NCBI GenBank assembly: GCA_965153285.1
Contig: OZ229118.1
Source of the DNA: Podarcis tiliguerta
Taxonomy: Eukaryota
Direction: 5' to 3' (one strand)
Length of the DNA: 64,000 nucleotides
Made by a program: the position numbers and the translations under genes. Of this stretch, positions 13,501-25,826 are shown piece by piece (the first letter of the stretch is position 1; every line of letters starts with the position of its first letter). A model generated the notes under the pieces. It was not told where the DNA came from. It saw only the letters and a program-made list of their open reading frames with translations, and made no database searches.

Positions 13501-15122
13501 CTTGCATCAGGTGCTTCCTTAAACCTATGTTTATTGATGGCTTGCACATCGTAGAACTTTATTTCTCACTAATATGATCAGAATACACTTCCTCGCTCTC
13601 CAAAGTTGAGAACTTGTCCATTGTTCAGAGTTATATGCCAGGAGAACTGCAAGCTTTTCACATTTTACCAAGTTGATAGCTGTGTGCACAAATAACTGTG
13701 TGAACCCTTGTGAGCATACATTCAGTAAAAGTGAGCAGAACCTCTCCTTGTTTTCAAGTCCAAAGCTTATCTACACACATCAATTCAGACTGGCCTGGAG
13801 CTCATCTGTCTTATCAGCCTTCTCCTACTGAGTGGAGACGTGGGAGGCATTGGAAACCAGTGCTCTGTAACTGTTGAGATGTTAACCTAGTTTTAATATA
13901 GCAGCAACAAATAATAATGAGGTTGGTGTAACAAATAATAATGAGGTGGTGCTCATTGGGACAGGTAGGGCAGAAGATGGGAAGCCCAGGCAGTAAGTGG
14001 TGCCAGAGACAATGATGGGCAGAGCCAACTTATTATTGGTTTGTCCTTCTCATCCTCCGTGCTGAGTTGTCTACAGGTGTAACACTGAGACTAAGGATGA
14101 CACGCATTACACATTCAGCCCAGCAAGCAGCAAACTTTGAAATGGGCCCAGGGCTGGGCAGCAGTTGTCTCCCAGTGGCTCAATCTTTTTACCTTTCATC
14201 TTTGTCAAACTAGAACTAGGATAGCAAAGAAAAATGGGTAAGAGCTGGCTGTACTTGGGATATGACAGTGGACTGACCACTCTGCTCCTTACTGGTCCCA
14301 CTTAAGATTGCCTTCATGGAAAGATAACTCTCTATAATGCTGGTCCATGTGGAACTGAGAATCAGGCACTAAAATAGACACAATGAATTTATAGCTTTCA
14401 AGATGTTGATGCAGCCACAATTTTTAATATCCTTGGCTATCGGAAGCTGGAGCTGGAGTTCCAATAGCATCTGGAAAGCTACAAGTTCTCCATCACTGCA
14501 CCAAAACCTGCTCGACAAAACTTACTGATAATGTTTTGAATGGAGGGACCCATTCTGTATTGCTGTTTCAGTTAATGTATGTAGATTGAGTTGTTCTGTT
14601 GAACTGAATGCAGATACTGGATTCGGTCACTAGCATTTTGTGGTATTTATATGCTTTTGTATCCCATTTCCAGGGCTAGTGCAAGACTTTCTGCCACCTG
14701 AGGCATACTGGCAGCTGCCACTGCCCCAGCATGTTGACCTGCTGCTGTTGCTTTTGCCACTACATCATCAATAGCAACACAAGTGTGCCAAGGCTGACCA
14801 GAGTCATCTCATCTGACAAAGTCTTGTGCTGCTTTGTTGCCATAGCAATAAATACATTTTTAACTTTAGGCTGCATTCGCCATGGCAATGCAGGGATCAT
14901 GCAGGCACTCTCAGAGACCACTTTATCCACAATGACTCACTCTGAGGAGGAACTGTTCTTCAAAGTGAGGCATAGGTTATCTAGAGAGCCCTGTAAGAAT
15001 TGCTGCTGAGAGCTTTGCTGCAGCTTCACACTCCGTAGCAGACAGTGGAGGGAGGGGGAGCTGGTGGCCGCACTGACCCACAGTCAGTGGCGAAATGGCA
15101 CTGAGAGTGTGTCTGGGCTGGG

Positions 15123-15167
<45 letters not shown>
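15123..15167. repeat. (AC)n(AG)n compound microsatellite
   Basis: Read directly from the sequence. Confidence 0.95.
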
Positions 15168-15171
<4 letters not shown>

Positions 15172-17806
15172 TCTCACTGTGGCTAATGGGTGGACCAGCC
15201 CTGACTATTTCAGAATAAAGTAAATTAAGTTCTCTTTCTAAAATAATTATAGGATGCAATTGGACATGTGATGAAGTATCAATGAGATCAGCTTATAACT
15301 AAATGCAGAGTTGTGTGCTTAACTTTAGGTCTATGTAAGTTGCATTGATTCACACCCAACTAAGCAAGAGTGTAAAGTTGGAAGGGAGATTGTTAGCGAT
15401 AGGCTATTGTTTTTGCAATTTAGCTGACACTTATCTTGGGTAAATTAAATAACTGTGATAGGAACACTATAAAAGTGAATGCTTCACCAGCTGCTTTGCC
15501 ATTAAATGCATTTAGTCGAATGGAATTAGCAAATAATTACGTTGGTAGGAATCTACTATATTCAAGTGTTGTATTAGTGGCTCCAATTAAAAAGCTTCAT
15601 AATTTTTTCTTTCTATACACATTATTATTGTTAGGTAATTTACATTGCAAATTAGAAAACCTGCATTAAAATTCAGCTGCATTCTGATTTGTCAACAGCC
15701 CTTTTGAAATAAATCTGTAACGTTAAATATGGGTGAGTAAGACCATCTGTTTAAAGAACTTGCCTGCAGCTCAAACACTTAACTCACGAGAGGCATTACA
15801 GCTGTTTAATTGTTATGGTGTGGAAACAATGATCGTTCTGTCCAAAATTAATATTTATATACATATTCATGTGGTTCAAAGTAAGTGGTATAAATGTGAG
15901 TGTACGCCATTAAGCATTCAGAGAAGAGATGGGGTTAGGCTTTGGTGATATTTTAACCTGGCTGGGAGACATGTATATTTTAACCTAGTCTCAAATGGAT
16001 GGGGGCAATAAGCATATCATTAGTGGAATGCATCTCAGCGTATGAGGAAAACCAACTTAAGGAGACATGAATAGTTAACTGGGACTTCCCTGAGTTCTCT
16101 GCTTCCTACAAGAAGGCTAAGCTGTTTAGAATGAATTGACCTTTGGATTTGTGGAGCTAGGCAGAAAGCAGTTGGAGACATCTAGTAGCAGACTAATCTG
16201 GATTACTTGAATCCTGTTTTTTGCGCCTCCCATCAATTGGGAGGCAAAGTCAGGATTATTTGTACTGAATTGTTGGGCTCATGGAAGTGCAAAGATTGTG
16301 TACTTGTCAAGTCTGTGGGGCAAGAAGGCAAAGCTGGGTGACTAGGGGGCTTTTTAAAGGTTATGGCTCCAGGGAAGACTATTTGAAACTGAAAGCACAG
16401 ACTGACTTTAGAATAGTGAGCTACTGCTGGTTCAGAACCTAATGCAACAGAACATGTAGCTTCTCAAGCAGCCTATTGTTTGTTACTAGATATATCTTGC
16501 TAGATGAAGCTGCTGGAAGTTTGTTCTCCTGCACGTTAACATCAAAAAATGGTGTGAGTAATGGCGAGATTTTAAAAGCTAGTTTTAAATGGCACTATAA
16601 ATAAGACAGGCATTCTGTGCCATGGAACCATGTACATATATGATTTTACATGGTTTTAACAAGGCACATAAATAGCACTTAGCTGCCTTCATACTGATAG
16701 CTAATTAGCAGTTAAGTAGTCCAAAGTCTATTCTAATCCTATTTGAAATGTTACAATAAAAACATAAATGCTCTTACCAGATTTAAATGGGGAACATAGA
16801 ACTTTACACAAGTAGTTTTTTTAAAAAAAAAACCTGCACGAAGGAAGTTTGTAAGTTTTAAAATTGCAGACGTGCTGTGAACACATTGAAGTTAGTAGCA
16901 GCTATTGCACAGGAAATTGATAGATATACGAGAGGACAAAATGTTCAAAGAATACAGCTGGTCTGGCACTCTACAAGCTATGCAAGAAAAAGTGCAATCT
17001 ATTACAATTGTAGGTTCAAATTCAGAATTATTCTTACTTCTGCAGAATTAGAAAGTGAAGAGTAAGCATTCTCTGTGGGAAGAAATAAAGGCCTCTGTCA
17101 GCACAGAACTTTGAACACTTCAGAAAATGACAGTATTTTGATAATAAAAGAGAAGACTTGGGAAAACAGAAATACCATCTGTCAATTCTGAAAATATTAG
17201 GTATTGCATGTGAAACTGAAGATATTATGTGACTGAATTTGCAGCAATGTGACACTAATTACAATTAATGTAGACAAATAGTTTCAATTCAGGCCTGCGT
17301 GGAGGTTATGAAAGATTGCATAACTAAGCCTAGCTACTGCTACATGCTTGCACATTTTTCTTCCACAGGGTGACTCTGCAGTCATGTTAGGGTATACTGA
17401 TATCAGCTTCCTAGTTTTCTGAATGTTTTAACATTCACGCAGATTGCCCTGGAAAAACATGTTCATGGATGTCCACACCAATTTAAGCAGGTTGTTATGT
17501 TTCTTTTGAAGAAAGCTTGACTTATTTTCTTTCTTTTCCTTCCTTTATGATAATTGGTTTCATGACTCTTTGGGCATTAAGTAGAAATGTCACAAGGAGA
17601 CTGCCTCCATCCTTTCTGGTAAAGTCCCAAATGGCATTAATTGTAAGGCTGCTACAAGGTTAAAGGAAATATAGTAATTAATTTTCAATAATGGTTTATT
17701 TAATGCTTCATCACAAAACTAATGCTCAAGCCTTAAACAGCTTTGCTGGCCTATTTGCCTTCAGTCGCAAAGCAAAATCCTTACCACCACACTTCCTAAG
17801 CATTTA

Positions 17807-17991
17807 CAGCCATACCTTGGCTCCCGAACAATTCATCTCCCGAACGATCAAAACCTGGAAGTGAGTGTTCCAGTTTTTGAACGATTTTCGGAAGCCGAAT
17901 GTCCAGTGTGACTTCCGATTGGCTTGCAGGATGCTCCTGCAGCCAATCAGACTTCCAGAATGAATTCCATTCGACTTCCAAGGTATGACTG
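17807..17991. mobile_element. Tc1/pogo-type MITE
   Basis: TIRs CAGCCATACCTTGG and CCAAGGTATGACTG, with TA on both sides. Confidence 0.85.
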
Positions 17992-18734
17992 TATTTCCTA
18001 GTTAGCACTAAAATCCATCTCTAAGAGTAATCTCTGTGTCTGCAATCCTTTGACCTGGGGTCACAGAATACATCATGCAGATAACTCCAGTATTGGAGAC
18101 CCAATATAGCTCCCTCTCCACCTCTGTAGCAACTTCTGTGGCCCTAGCAATGTTGGAGCTCTGATATTGGTGGAGCAAAATATGTTAGAGTGGTTTGGGG
18201 TGGGGGTGGGGTGTTTCAGAGGACCAGGATAAGGCTTTGGGTCCCCTTTGGAACCAAAGGAGGAAATTCAATTTCAAATATTAGAGAGGTGGGACCTTAA
18301 GCTGAAATATACTTAGGAGTCTCCCGTTACTTGTTCCTTCTCTACCCAATCCTGTATCATGCAGTGGGTTTCTGGTGCTAAATTACATCTGGTGATAACT
18401 ACTGCCAAAACATCACCAAGAATATTCATAGCACAGTGAGCATAGCACAGTGAGCAAGTTTTCAAGGCTACAAATTATGAAATTTCTCCAGTGCGTCAGT
18501 CATTGTGCCCAAATCTGAGTATGAATTCACCAGCTTGTGTTTCATGGAATTAGCCATTGGAATTTGTGTCTCAGCTTTGCCTGCAAGTTTTATTTAAATT
18601 TCATTTTAAGTGGTAGGAAGGCATTTTTAATACCGGGTCAATTATTTTACCCCTAGCATGACATCTTAGCTTACAGTCATGTTGAAAAGCTGTGCGCAAA
18701 ACAGGATAGTTAGTATTTTTCTTTTTTATTCTAG

Positions 18735-18755
18735 CCCTAGACAAGAAAGATCATG
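18735..18755 (+). CDS. TENM3: Candidate additional site-A microexon (ALDKKDH; 15-nt form DKKDH from 18741)
   Basis: tatttttcttttttattctag|CCCTAGACAAGAAAGATCATG|gtaagt: pyrimidine tract, consensus intronic donor, 21 nt, phase 1-1, no stop. Shares GAYAAGAWAG with the two other site-A microexons. Prediction only. Confidence 0.6.
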
Positions 18756-21053
18756 GTAAGTGAAAATATCTCGTAAAGGGCATGAATAAACTAATATGAA
18801 TATGAATTTGTTATACTGCATTGAAAATTATGTCACTGCTATAATCCTTTATGACAGGGTAATCAGTAATAAAACAGTGCAGTGAGTACCAATTAAGGAA
18901 CATCAAATCACTGAGCATGCTGTTCATGCTGATTTAAACAGGAGATGATTGGAATAAATGGATTTAATATATACTTTTTTGCAGGCTGTAGCTATTCTGT
19001 CATATCTACAGGAGCTAGCATATGAATAATCTAAGGGGGATACCTACTTATATCTCTAATGGAAGACTAATGAAAAGCATTAAATTTTAGAAAGCCTGCA
19101 TTAAGACCTGTTGTTAAAAAAAAACATAATAGTAAATGGGAATTTTCCTGCTAGCTTTAATAGTTTATTGCTGGAGAAATTACAATGGAGATGAATAATT
19201 TTTCTTCTTGTTGCTATGCTTGTTTTCACTCTGCAGTTTGTTGATGTTTCTTACGTTAGTTGATTACAGAAGCTATTAGAAATATTTTATCTTATGTGAA
19301 TCCTAATGTATTCCCATCATGCCCTCCCACAATTATTGTCAAATTTCTTAATAGTACTAAGCCAACAAATTATATAATTCAAAATTTGTCTTATTTCCAC
19401 CATTGTCATCTGAGAGATTTTTCTTAAGAAGCTGTGAGGCTCAGGGGTGTTTTTTTTGGGGGGGTAGGCTCATATTTTTTGAAGGTCTGAGCTTTTGCTA
19501 GCAAAGCAACTATATTTTTATAGTGAAATTTGAAATTTTATAGTAAAATTTCATCCAGGAGGAAATGATACAGAGTGGAGAAGTAACAGGCACTACATAA
19601 TCCTTTCTCTGCCTGCTTCTCAGCTCCATATCAAACTACCTTGAGCTATTTCCCCACCAGAGTTACAGAAATGTGTTTAACTTCAAAAAAGGGGTAAGTG
19701 CCATGCTCTGTCTCTTTTCCATTGCACATCACCCTCCCACAAACATCATTTTTCTCAGGAAATAAATGGGATTCAAGTTTGTTATGCACCAAGCCTAATT
19801 TTGCCCTTCTATTCTCTGAGTATTTATTTTGGTATGGAGCTGTTATTTATGTACAGTATTAACTATATTTATACTTCCACCAAATTTATGTTAATTATTG
19901 TAAGGGTGGTATTCAACTATGTTTTGCTCAGAATAGACCTACTGATATTAATGAACACGACTAAATTAGGTCTATTAATTTCAGAGGGTCTGCTCTGAGC
20001 AAAGAGTAAGTTTTGGAATATTGGTTGCAATGCCTTTGGCCATGGTTTTCATTTCCTCTCCCCCATTTCTTATACTGGAGCTCCTGACAGACCCTAGGCA
20101 TGGCAAATGAGGAGAGAGAAGCCAATTGGCAGATGATGATAGCATCGTATTATCTTCCTGTCTAGTCTTTATCCCCCATCTCCCATCACACTCCTTCCAA
20201 CCCTTTTGTACCATTGTCTTCAAACACAACTTAATGACTTTTCTTACACATCTTCTCCTTCCACCTCCTGTAACCTAACCTTTTCTCCAGTCCAGATACT
20301 CCTCTCTGTTACCTACTCACCAGTTAGCTCTATAAATGCTGTAAGATTCCCACGTTAAATCCCACCCTAGTCTTCCATTTCACATATTCCCTTCAGCAAG
20401 CCACCTCTATACTTAGGATGTTTCCCAATGGGGGACTTAATATTGCCAACAGACTGCTCAGATATCTCACACACGCAGGTTGTTCACAACAGGTTCTTTT
20501 AACTAACTGTACTAGATTTTCTGTGGAAAAGATAAATCTAAATGAAATGATACACCAGTGATATCATGTGAACACTGAAAAATTTGTGTGCATGAACACT
20601 CATTCCCTAATGAACACCCTCCTGGAAGTACCCATGCTGTTTTTCTCCTCCCTTCCACCTTCCCACATCTTTCCTTAAATTCACCTCCCAAATGTATGGC
20701 TTCCTTTTTCACTTATCCTTTCTGTGTCTTGCCTACAGACATCCCTATGTTCCACACTGGGTCCTCTACAATTCCATTTTATTCTTTCTTTCTATTCAGT
20801 GCATACACTGAGCCACTAATGGTATGGACACATGGAGCCATCAGTACAGATGTACATGACACATAACTTTTATCTTTCCGTATAGTCTGGTTCAAATCTT
20901 TCATTCTGCACGTAGCTATTGTAAATTGCACAGGGGTAGCCATGTTTATCTGCTGCAACAAAAAATCTGGGAATATTTCTGTTTTTATTGCTGTGTACCA
21001 ATTGGAAGCAATGGCCAGGTGTGCTTCCTGCCAGCATCATCTAGCTACTAGTA

Positions 21054-21259
21054 CAAAGCTTTCCAGACTTTTCATGCTGGTGACAAACTTTTTAGACACA
21101 CATCATTTCACAACACAGTAATTCAGTTTTGCTAGTAAACCAGAGGGTAAACTAACTGTTTTCCAGCCCAAGGAGGAGCGTAGGCAGCATTCATGAAACA
21201 CACCTACACACTGCAGCAGACACACTAAGGTGTCACGACACACAATTTGGAAAGCTCTG
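21054..21259. mobile_element. hAT-type MITE
   Basis: TIRs CAAAGCTTTCCAGACT and AATTTGGAAAGCTCTG; 8-bp flanks tactagta/atctagta. Confidence 0.8.
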
Positions 21260-22791
21260 ATCTAGTAAGATGCCAACTTGTCTCCTAAAAGAAGTGAGTC
21301 ACCAACCACATTTCACCAGTGCTGCACTGTCTGCCTTCTGTGTTCAGTTCACATTGCTGATCATCACTTACAGAAATCTATGTTTGTGCCTATCACACCT
21401 GAATATCCCATTGTAATCTGTCTTTAAGAGATTTGTTCATCAAGTTAAGATTCCAGGGACGCACCAAGCAGTAGCATTCACCATGGTGTACGTTTGTTAT
21501 GTGGAGAGAGATTTTTATGTGAGAGCATCGAAAAATAGGCAGTCAGAAAGTGTACAGACTGGAATGGCACCAATTCAGTCCACCATCTCATCCTGCATAA
21601 TGTCAATAATGACTCTTACAAAAAGGGCAAACCAGGTTCAGCTTCACTGATATGATCTTAGGGTGAATTCACACGTGCTGATTAAAGCTACATTTGGTAA
21701 GTGTTTCAATGAAACTACCTTCGTAGATCAGTCAATACATGCTAGGCTAGGCTGTTGCCACTGCAAGTTGGGAGTAAATAAGCTAGTCACATATTGTCTG
21801 CTTTTTGTTGGTTTGTTGGTTTGTTTTGTTTGCTTGACAATTGATATACTCCATCAGTGATTCCAGGTGCTTTATAGCATATTTAAGCAAAACAGTGCAA
21901 TACAATACATAATGTACGGGTCACACTTATATTGAACTTAGCCTACAGTAAGTGACTAGAAAATAAGGCACATGGTGTGTAAGTAAGTTGCAGTGTTAAA
22001 CATTAAGCATTTATTATTTAACCACTGCCCTGTCTTTAAAAAACAGCAGCCAACCTTTTCTTGAAATGACAGCTGCCTGTGGAAAAAACAAATAGACTTT
22101 CTCTTATTTTATATGTTACATGCTACGTTGTATATATGTATCTGTAACCTTGTTTCACTCTCAAATTTGAAAGCATCTGTTAGTTTCTTCTGCATTGCTA
22201 GGTACCACTGCTTTCAATAAAATAATATAGTTCTGTGTTTTGCATAATTTGCCTAAGTGCGCTGAGACAAATAAGTGGATTGCAGAAGTATATTGTTTAT
22301 TTTTTGAAGTAGTGATAATACAGGACAAAATTAAAATACAGTACTTTTTCTGTCCAGAATGTCTGAACTGTACACAACTTGGAAATCAAATATATGGTTC
22401 TTCAGTTTGGCCAAGCTGTAACTGCTTACGTAACTGCTTTAACATGAACTGAAAATCAAAAAAATTTATGACTTTGGTTAGGTTTGCTCTACATAAAAGA
22501 CTAGGCATAACAAAAACAGCTATAAAGTAAACTGTAGAGTTTGAAATGTGTTGGTTTTTTAGTCTGAAAACGCATTTTTAAAATGCTGAGTGTTTAATCA
22601 AATGATGACTGTATATTTTTGCTGTAGATATAATAATTTACATTTTTAAACACTGGGAAACTTTCTATGCGATGTGAGATCTCATTTCAGCAAATCACTG
22701 CTCTTTCTCTGTGTAAATTCTGAACAATTCCTTTCCTACATTACTCTTCTGAAACGTCTGTCTGTTCTCTTTTTTCTTTTTAATTCTCAAG

Positions 22792-22818
22792 CTCACTATT
22801 TGGATAAGATAGTTAAAG
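22792..22818 (+). CDS. TENM3: TENM3 splice-site-A microexon (AHYLDKIVK) between EGF7 and EGF8
   Basis: tttttctttttaattctcaag|CTCACTATTTGGATAAGATAGTTAAAG|gtactg; 27 nt, phase 1-1. Matches the known 9-aa teneurin-3 insert A. Confidence 0.92.
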
Positions 22819-24748
22819 GTACTGTATATTTGCTCTTCCTTGACATGCTTCCATGTATCTCTGTGTATATTATAGCAACCATTCCACTAGACTTGGCAAG
22901 TGCAACGTATTTTATATGTACTCCATGAATTATAAATTTCATTCATGTTACTTTCCATGTTCCTTGGATTTAAGAGATAAAGACTTTTAATGTTTTTTGT
23001 CACCTGTTAACATTTTTACTAAGCACTTTGTAAGTTTCACTATATCCTGTATAAATGGATTAGCTTTGATGATATCAAAAACTGAAGATAGCTGTGCATC
23101 TGCTGTTTGTGGTATTTTTAAAGCCTTCTAGCTTTTGTTGCTGGAAGGAATCTCCTAGTCGTCCTATACGATAAGAAAAAAATGAAATGTTAGTCACAGG
23201 ATGAGAAAATGTCATAGCTTCAAGGATACATTGCAATAGAGATATGTGTGTAAAAGAAGCAGTGGTGTCATCCATGTCACACCATGGGTGGTATCCCATG
23301 TAGACCTATTCAGAGTAGATCCATTGAAATTTCTAGGCAGCGGGTCTACTTTGGGTAGAACTTTGTTGGATATGGGTCCATATATGGGTGAAAAACACCG
23401 CTGTGCCTTCCTATTATTCCTCACTGAGTCCTTGTCAGGACCTTGATGGCTTTGTGCCATGTACAATCAGAACATCATGTGCGCTGCTTTGGATGCTGAC
23501 CATTGCAGCTGACAAGCTGCTTAAATTTATGGAAGCTCCGTAGTTGCTTTTATTTATTTTATTTTTAAAAAATTGTTTATAAGCTTTTAAAAAATAAGCT
23601 TATATGTTAAAATATTTCATTGTCATTTACTAAGAAAATCTGTGTGAAATCAAATAATTATACTTCATAGTTTTGGATTGCAATGGAAAAGTTGATTTAG
23701 CCAACTCTTCATTGAGCATGTACCACTAAACAGCGAATGTTCTCATATCTTCAGTTGTGGTAAAAGAAATGTGTTTTTGTTTAATTATCACAAGTACTCC
23801 CCTTTTTTCCAGATTGCCTTTCTTCTCTTCCTTATTTGTGCTTTTTCATTAGAGTATGGCAATATTCATGGCAGAATCCAGGCTTTTGTATAATCACTCT
23901 TGAGTGCATTCAATTGTTTTCTGTAATTCTTTGCCAGTAGGACAGATAAAGCTGTGTGTCCTCTGTAACCAAAGTGGAAGAAAAACATTTCAGAAGTAAA
24001 AAATTTACCTTCTGCACATACAATTGAAAAGTGCAGATGGCAAATAGTACCTAAAGAAAAACTGGCAGCCAAATCTAATCTCAGCCTGGCATGATGACAT
24101 GATATCCATAACTATAGCTTCATCATACCTTGTCATGAGACGCTACTATTATTCCCTTCCATCTGTAAGTACTAATTTTTGCTAGAGGCAATAACGGCCT
24201 TAGAATGATTGTTTCATTTGTGCTGCGTAAGTGGAGAAAGAAGTACGTTAATAATTATTTAAGGATTCCTAGCAAAAAAAGATGGTTTCAAGCACATGTG
24301 TGAATCAACAGAAACAGGACACTAGGCTAGTTCCCAGAGACACTAAACAGATGCATCTTAATAAGGTAGTGGCACAAGTTATATTACATGCTGTATAGAG
24401 TTAGAAATAACTGCTTTGTCCTAAAATACCTTATTTGTAGCCACTGATCATAGTTCTGCTTCTGTACTTGCTTATGTGAATGTCTTACCGCAGTCATAGA
24501 TAAGGAATACTAGAATTCTACATATATATACATTTATATATCTATATATCTATGTCTATATATATATAGATATATACTGTTGTCATTCTCATACAGGTCA
24601 TGTTGGCTGCATGCCAGTTTTTCCATCAGTAGGAAGTGACAGATACTGTTTTTGATGTACTGTTAGATGAAAAAAAAAAAGTAATAGATTTTGGATATAT
24701 TAAATAATTTTAATTGTTTCCCAAATTTTCCCTCCTTGGCCATAAAAG

Positions 24749-24769
24749 CAGACAAGATAGGATATAAAG
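24749..24769 (+). CDS. TENM3: TENM3 second site-A microexon (ADKIGYK, or DKIGYK from the 24752 acceptor)
   Basis: cctccttggccataaaag|CAG|ACAAGATAGGATATAAAG|gtaaca; NAGNAG gives 21 or 18 nt, both frame-preserving. Peptide recalled from longer teneurin-3 A isoforms. Confidence 0.82.
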
Positions 24770-24806
24770 GTAACAGCACAAAAGCCTTAGGGAGATTGTC
24801 ACAAAA

Positions 24807-25066
24807 NNNNNNNNNNNNNNNNNNNNNNNNNNNNNNNNNNNNNNNNNNNNNNNNNNNNNNNNNNNNNNNNNNNNNNNNNNNNNNNNNNNNNNNNNNNNNN
24901 NNNNNNNNNNNNNNNNNNNNNNNNNNNNNNNNNNNNNNNNNNNNNNNNNNNNNNNNNNNNNNNNNNNNNNNNNNNNNNNNNNNNNNNNNNNNNNNNNNNN
25001 NNNNNNNNNNNNNNNNNNNNNNNNNNNNNNNNNNNNNNNNNNNNNNNNNNNNNNNNNNNNNNNNNN
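24807..25066. other. Assembly gap (260 N)
   Basis: Run of N. Confidence 1.
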
Positions 25067-25679
25067 TCGGCATAAAGTATAGTCACTGAAACTGACCTAT
25101 ACTTTGTGCAATTATTTAATGCACTGTAATTTCACATGAACACATGGCAACTCTTGAGACCAGATAAAATTAACATTGTTGAAAGCAGAGTGGCACAGCT
25201 ACTTTGAAATTTCCAAGGATTTATTTAAAATAACAAGGAGCTTAACGAAATCTATACCATCAAGTAACCAGCAATGCATATACATCAAATAATTATTTCC
25301 TCTATAAATGCAGAACCCCTGTCGTTTTGCCTAGAGGCTGTGTTGTGTACTATGTTGTGGTCATATTGCCTGCTACTCTGACAAAGAACATGAAAACATA
25401 ATTTTGTCTGGCCTGCAGGTATTTAGAGGTTTCTTGGATATATTTCCTGCCTGCACAGGTAAGTGGTGTCTCAAGTGTCAGACCAATCAAAGATGCCACT
25501 TAGTTAAGAATTAGAATCCCAGGTAATGTTGCTGCTACTCTCCATGTGCAATTACAGTATTTGTGCTGTTCTGAAGGCCTGTTCCCAGTAAGTGTCCCCT
25601 GTTCGTATTTTGATTAGATTTTAAATTGTTGTAATAGCTAAATCACATGCAGTGTCATTTTTTTTGTCTGTTTTGACAG

Positions 25680-25826
25680 AGGGATGCCCTGGCTTGTGTA
25701 ATAGCAATGGAAGATGTACTCTGGACCAAAATGGCTGGCATTGTGTTTGTCAGCCAGGATGGAGGGGAGCAGGATGTGATGTCGCCATGGAAACTTTATG
25801 TACTGATAGCAAGGACAATGAAGGAG
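25680..25826 (+). CDS. TENM3: TENM3 exon, EGF8 and start of Cys-rich region ([11 protein letters not shown]...KDNEG)
   Basis: Acceptor ttttgacag, donor GGAG|gtagga; 147 nt, phase 1-1. Confidence 0.95.

Noticed and set aside
13906-13951. Short tandem duplications (also ~18428-18455 and ~1832-1868)
   Set aside because: Two-copy slippage-type duplications with no spacer array or other structure; not CRISPR-like.
19661-19693. 33-nt exon-like segment (ccaccag...GGG|gtaagt)
   Set aside because: In-frame TAA, modest pyrimidine tract and no supporting regulatory motifs; cannot be distinguished from a pseudo-exon.
21680-21702. 9-nt aag|CTACATTTG|gtaagt candidate microexon
   Set aside because: No pyrimidine tract upstream of the AG.
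24663-25089. Poly-X ORFs
   Set aside because: Artefacts of the N gap; only the embedded ADKIGYK microexon is supported.
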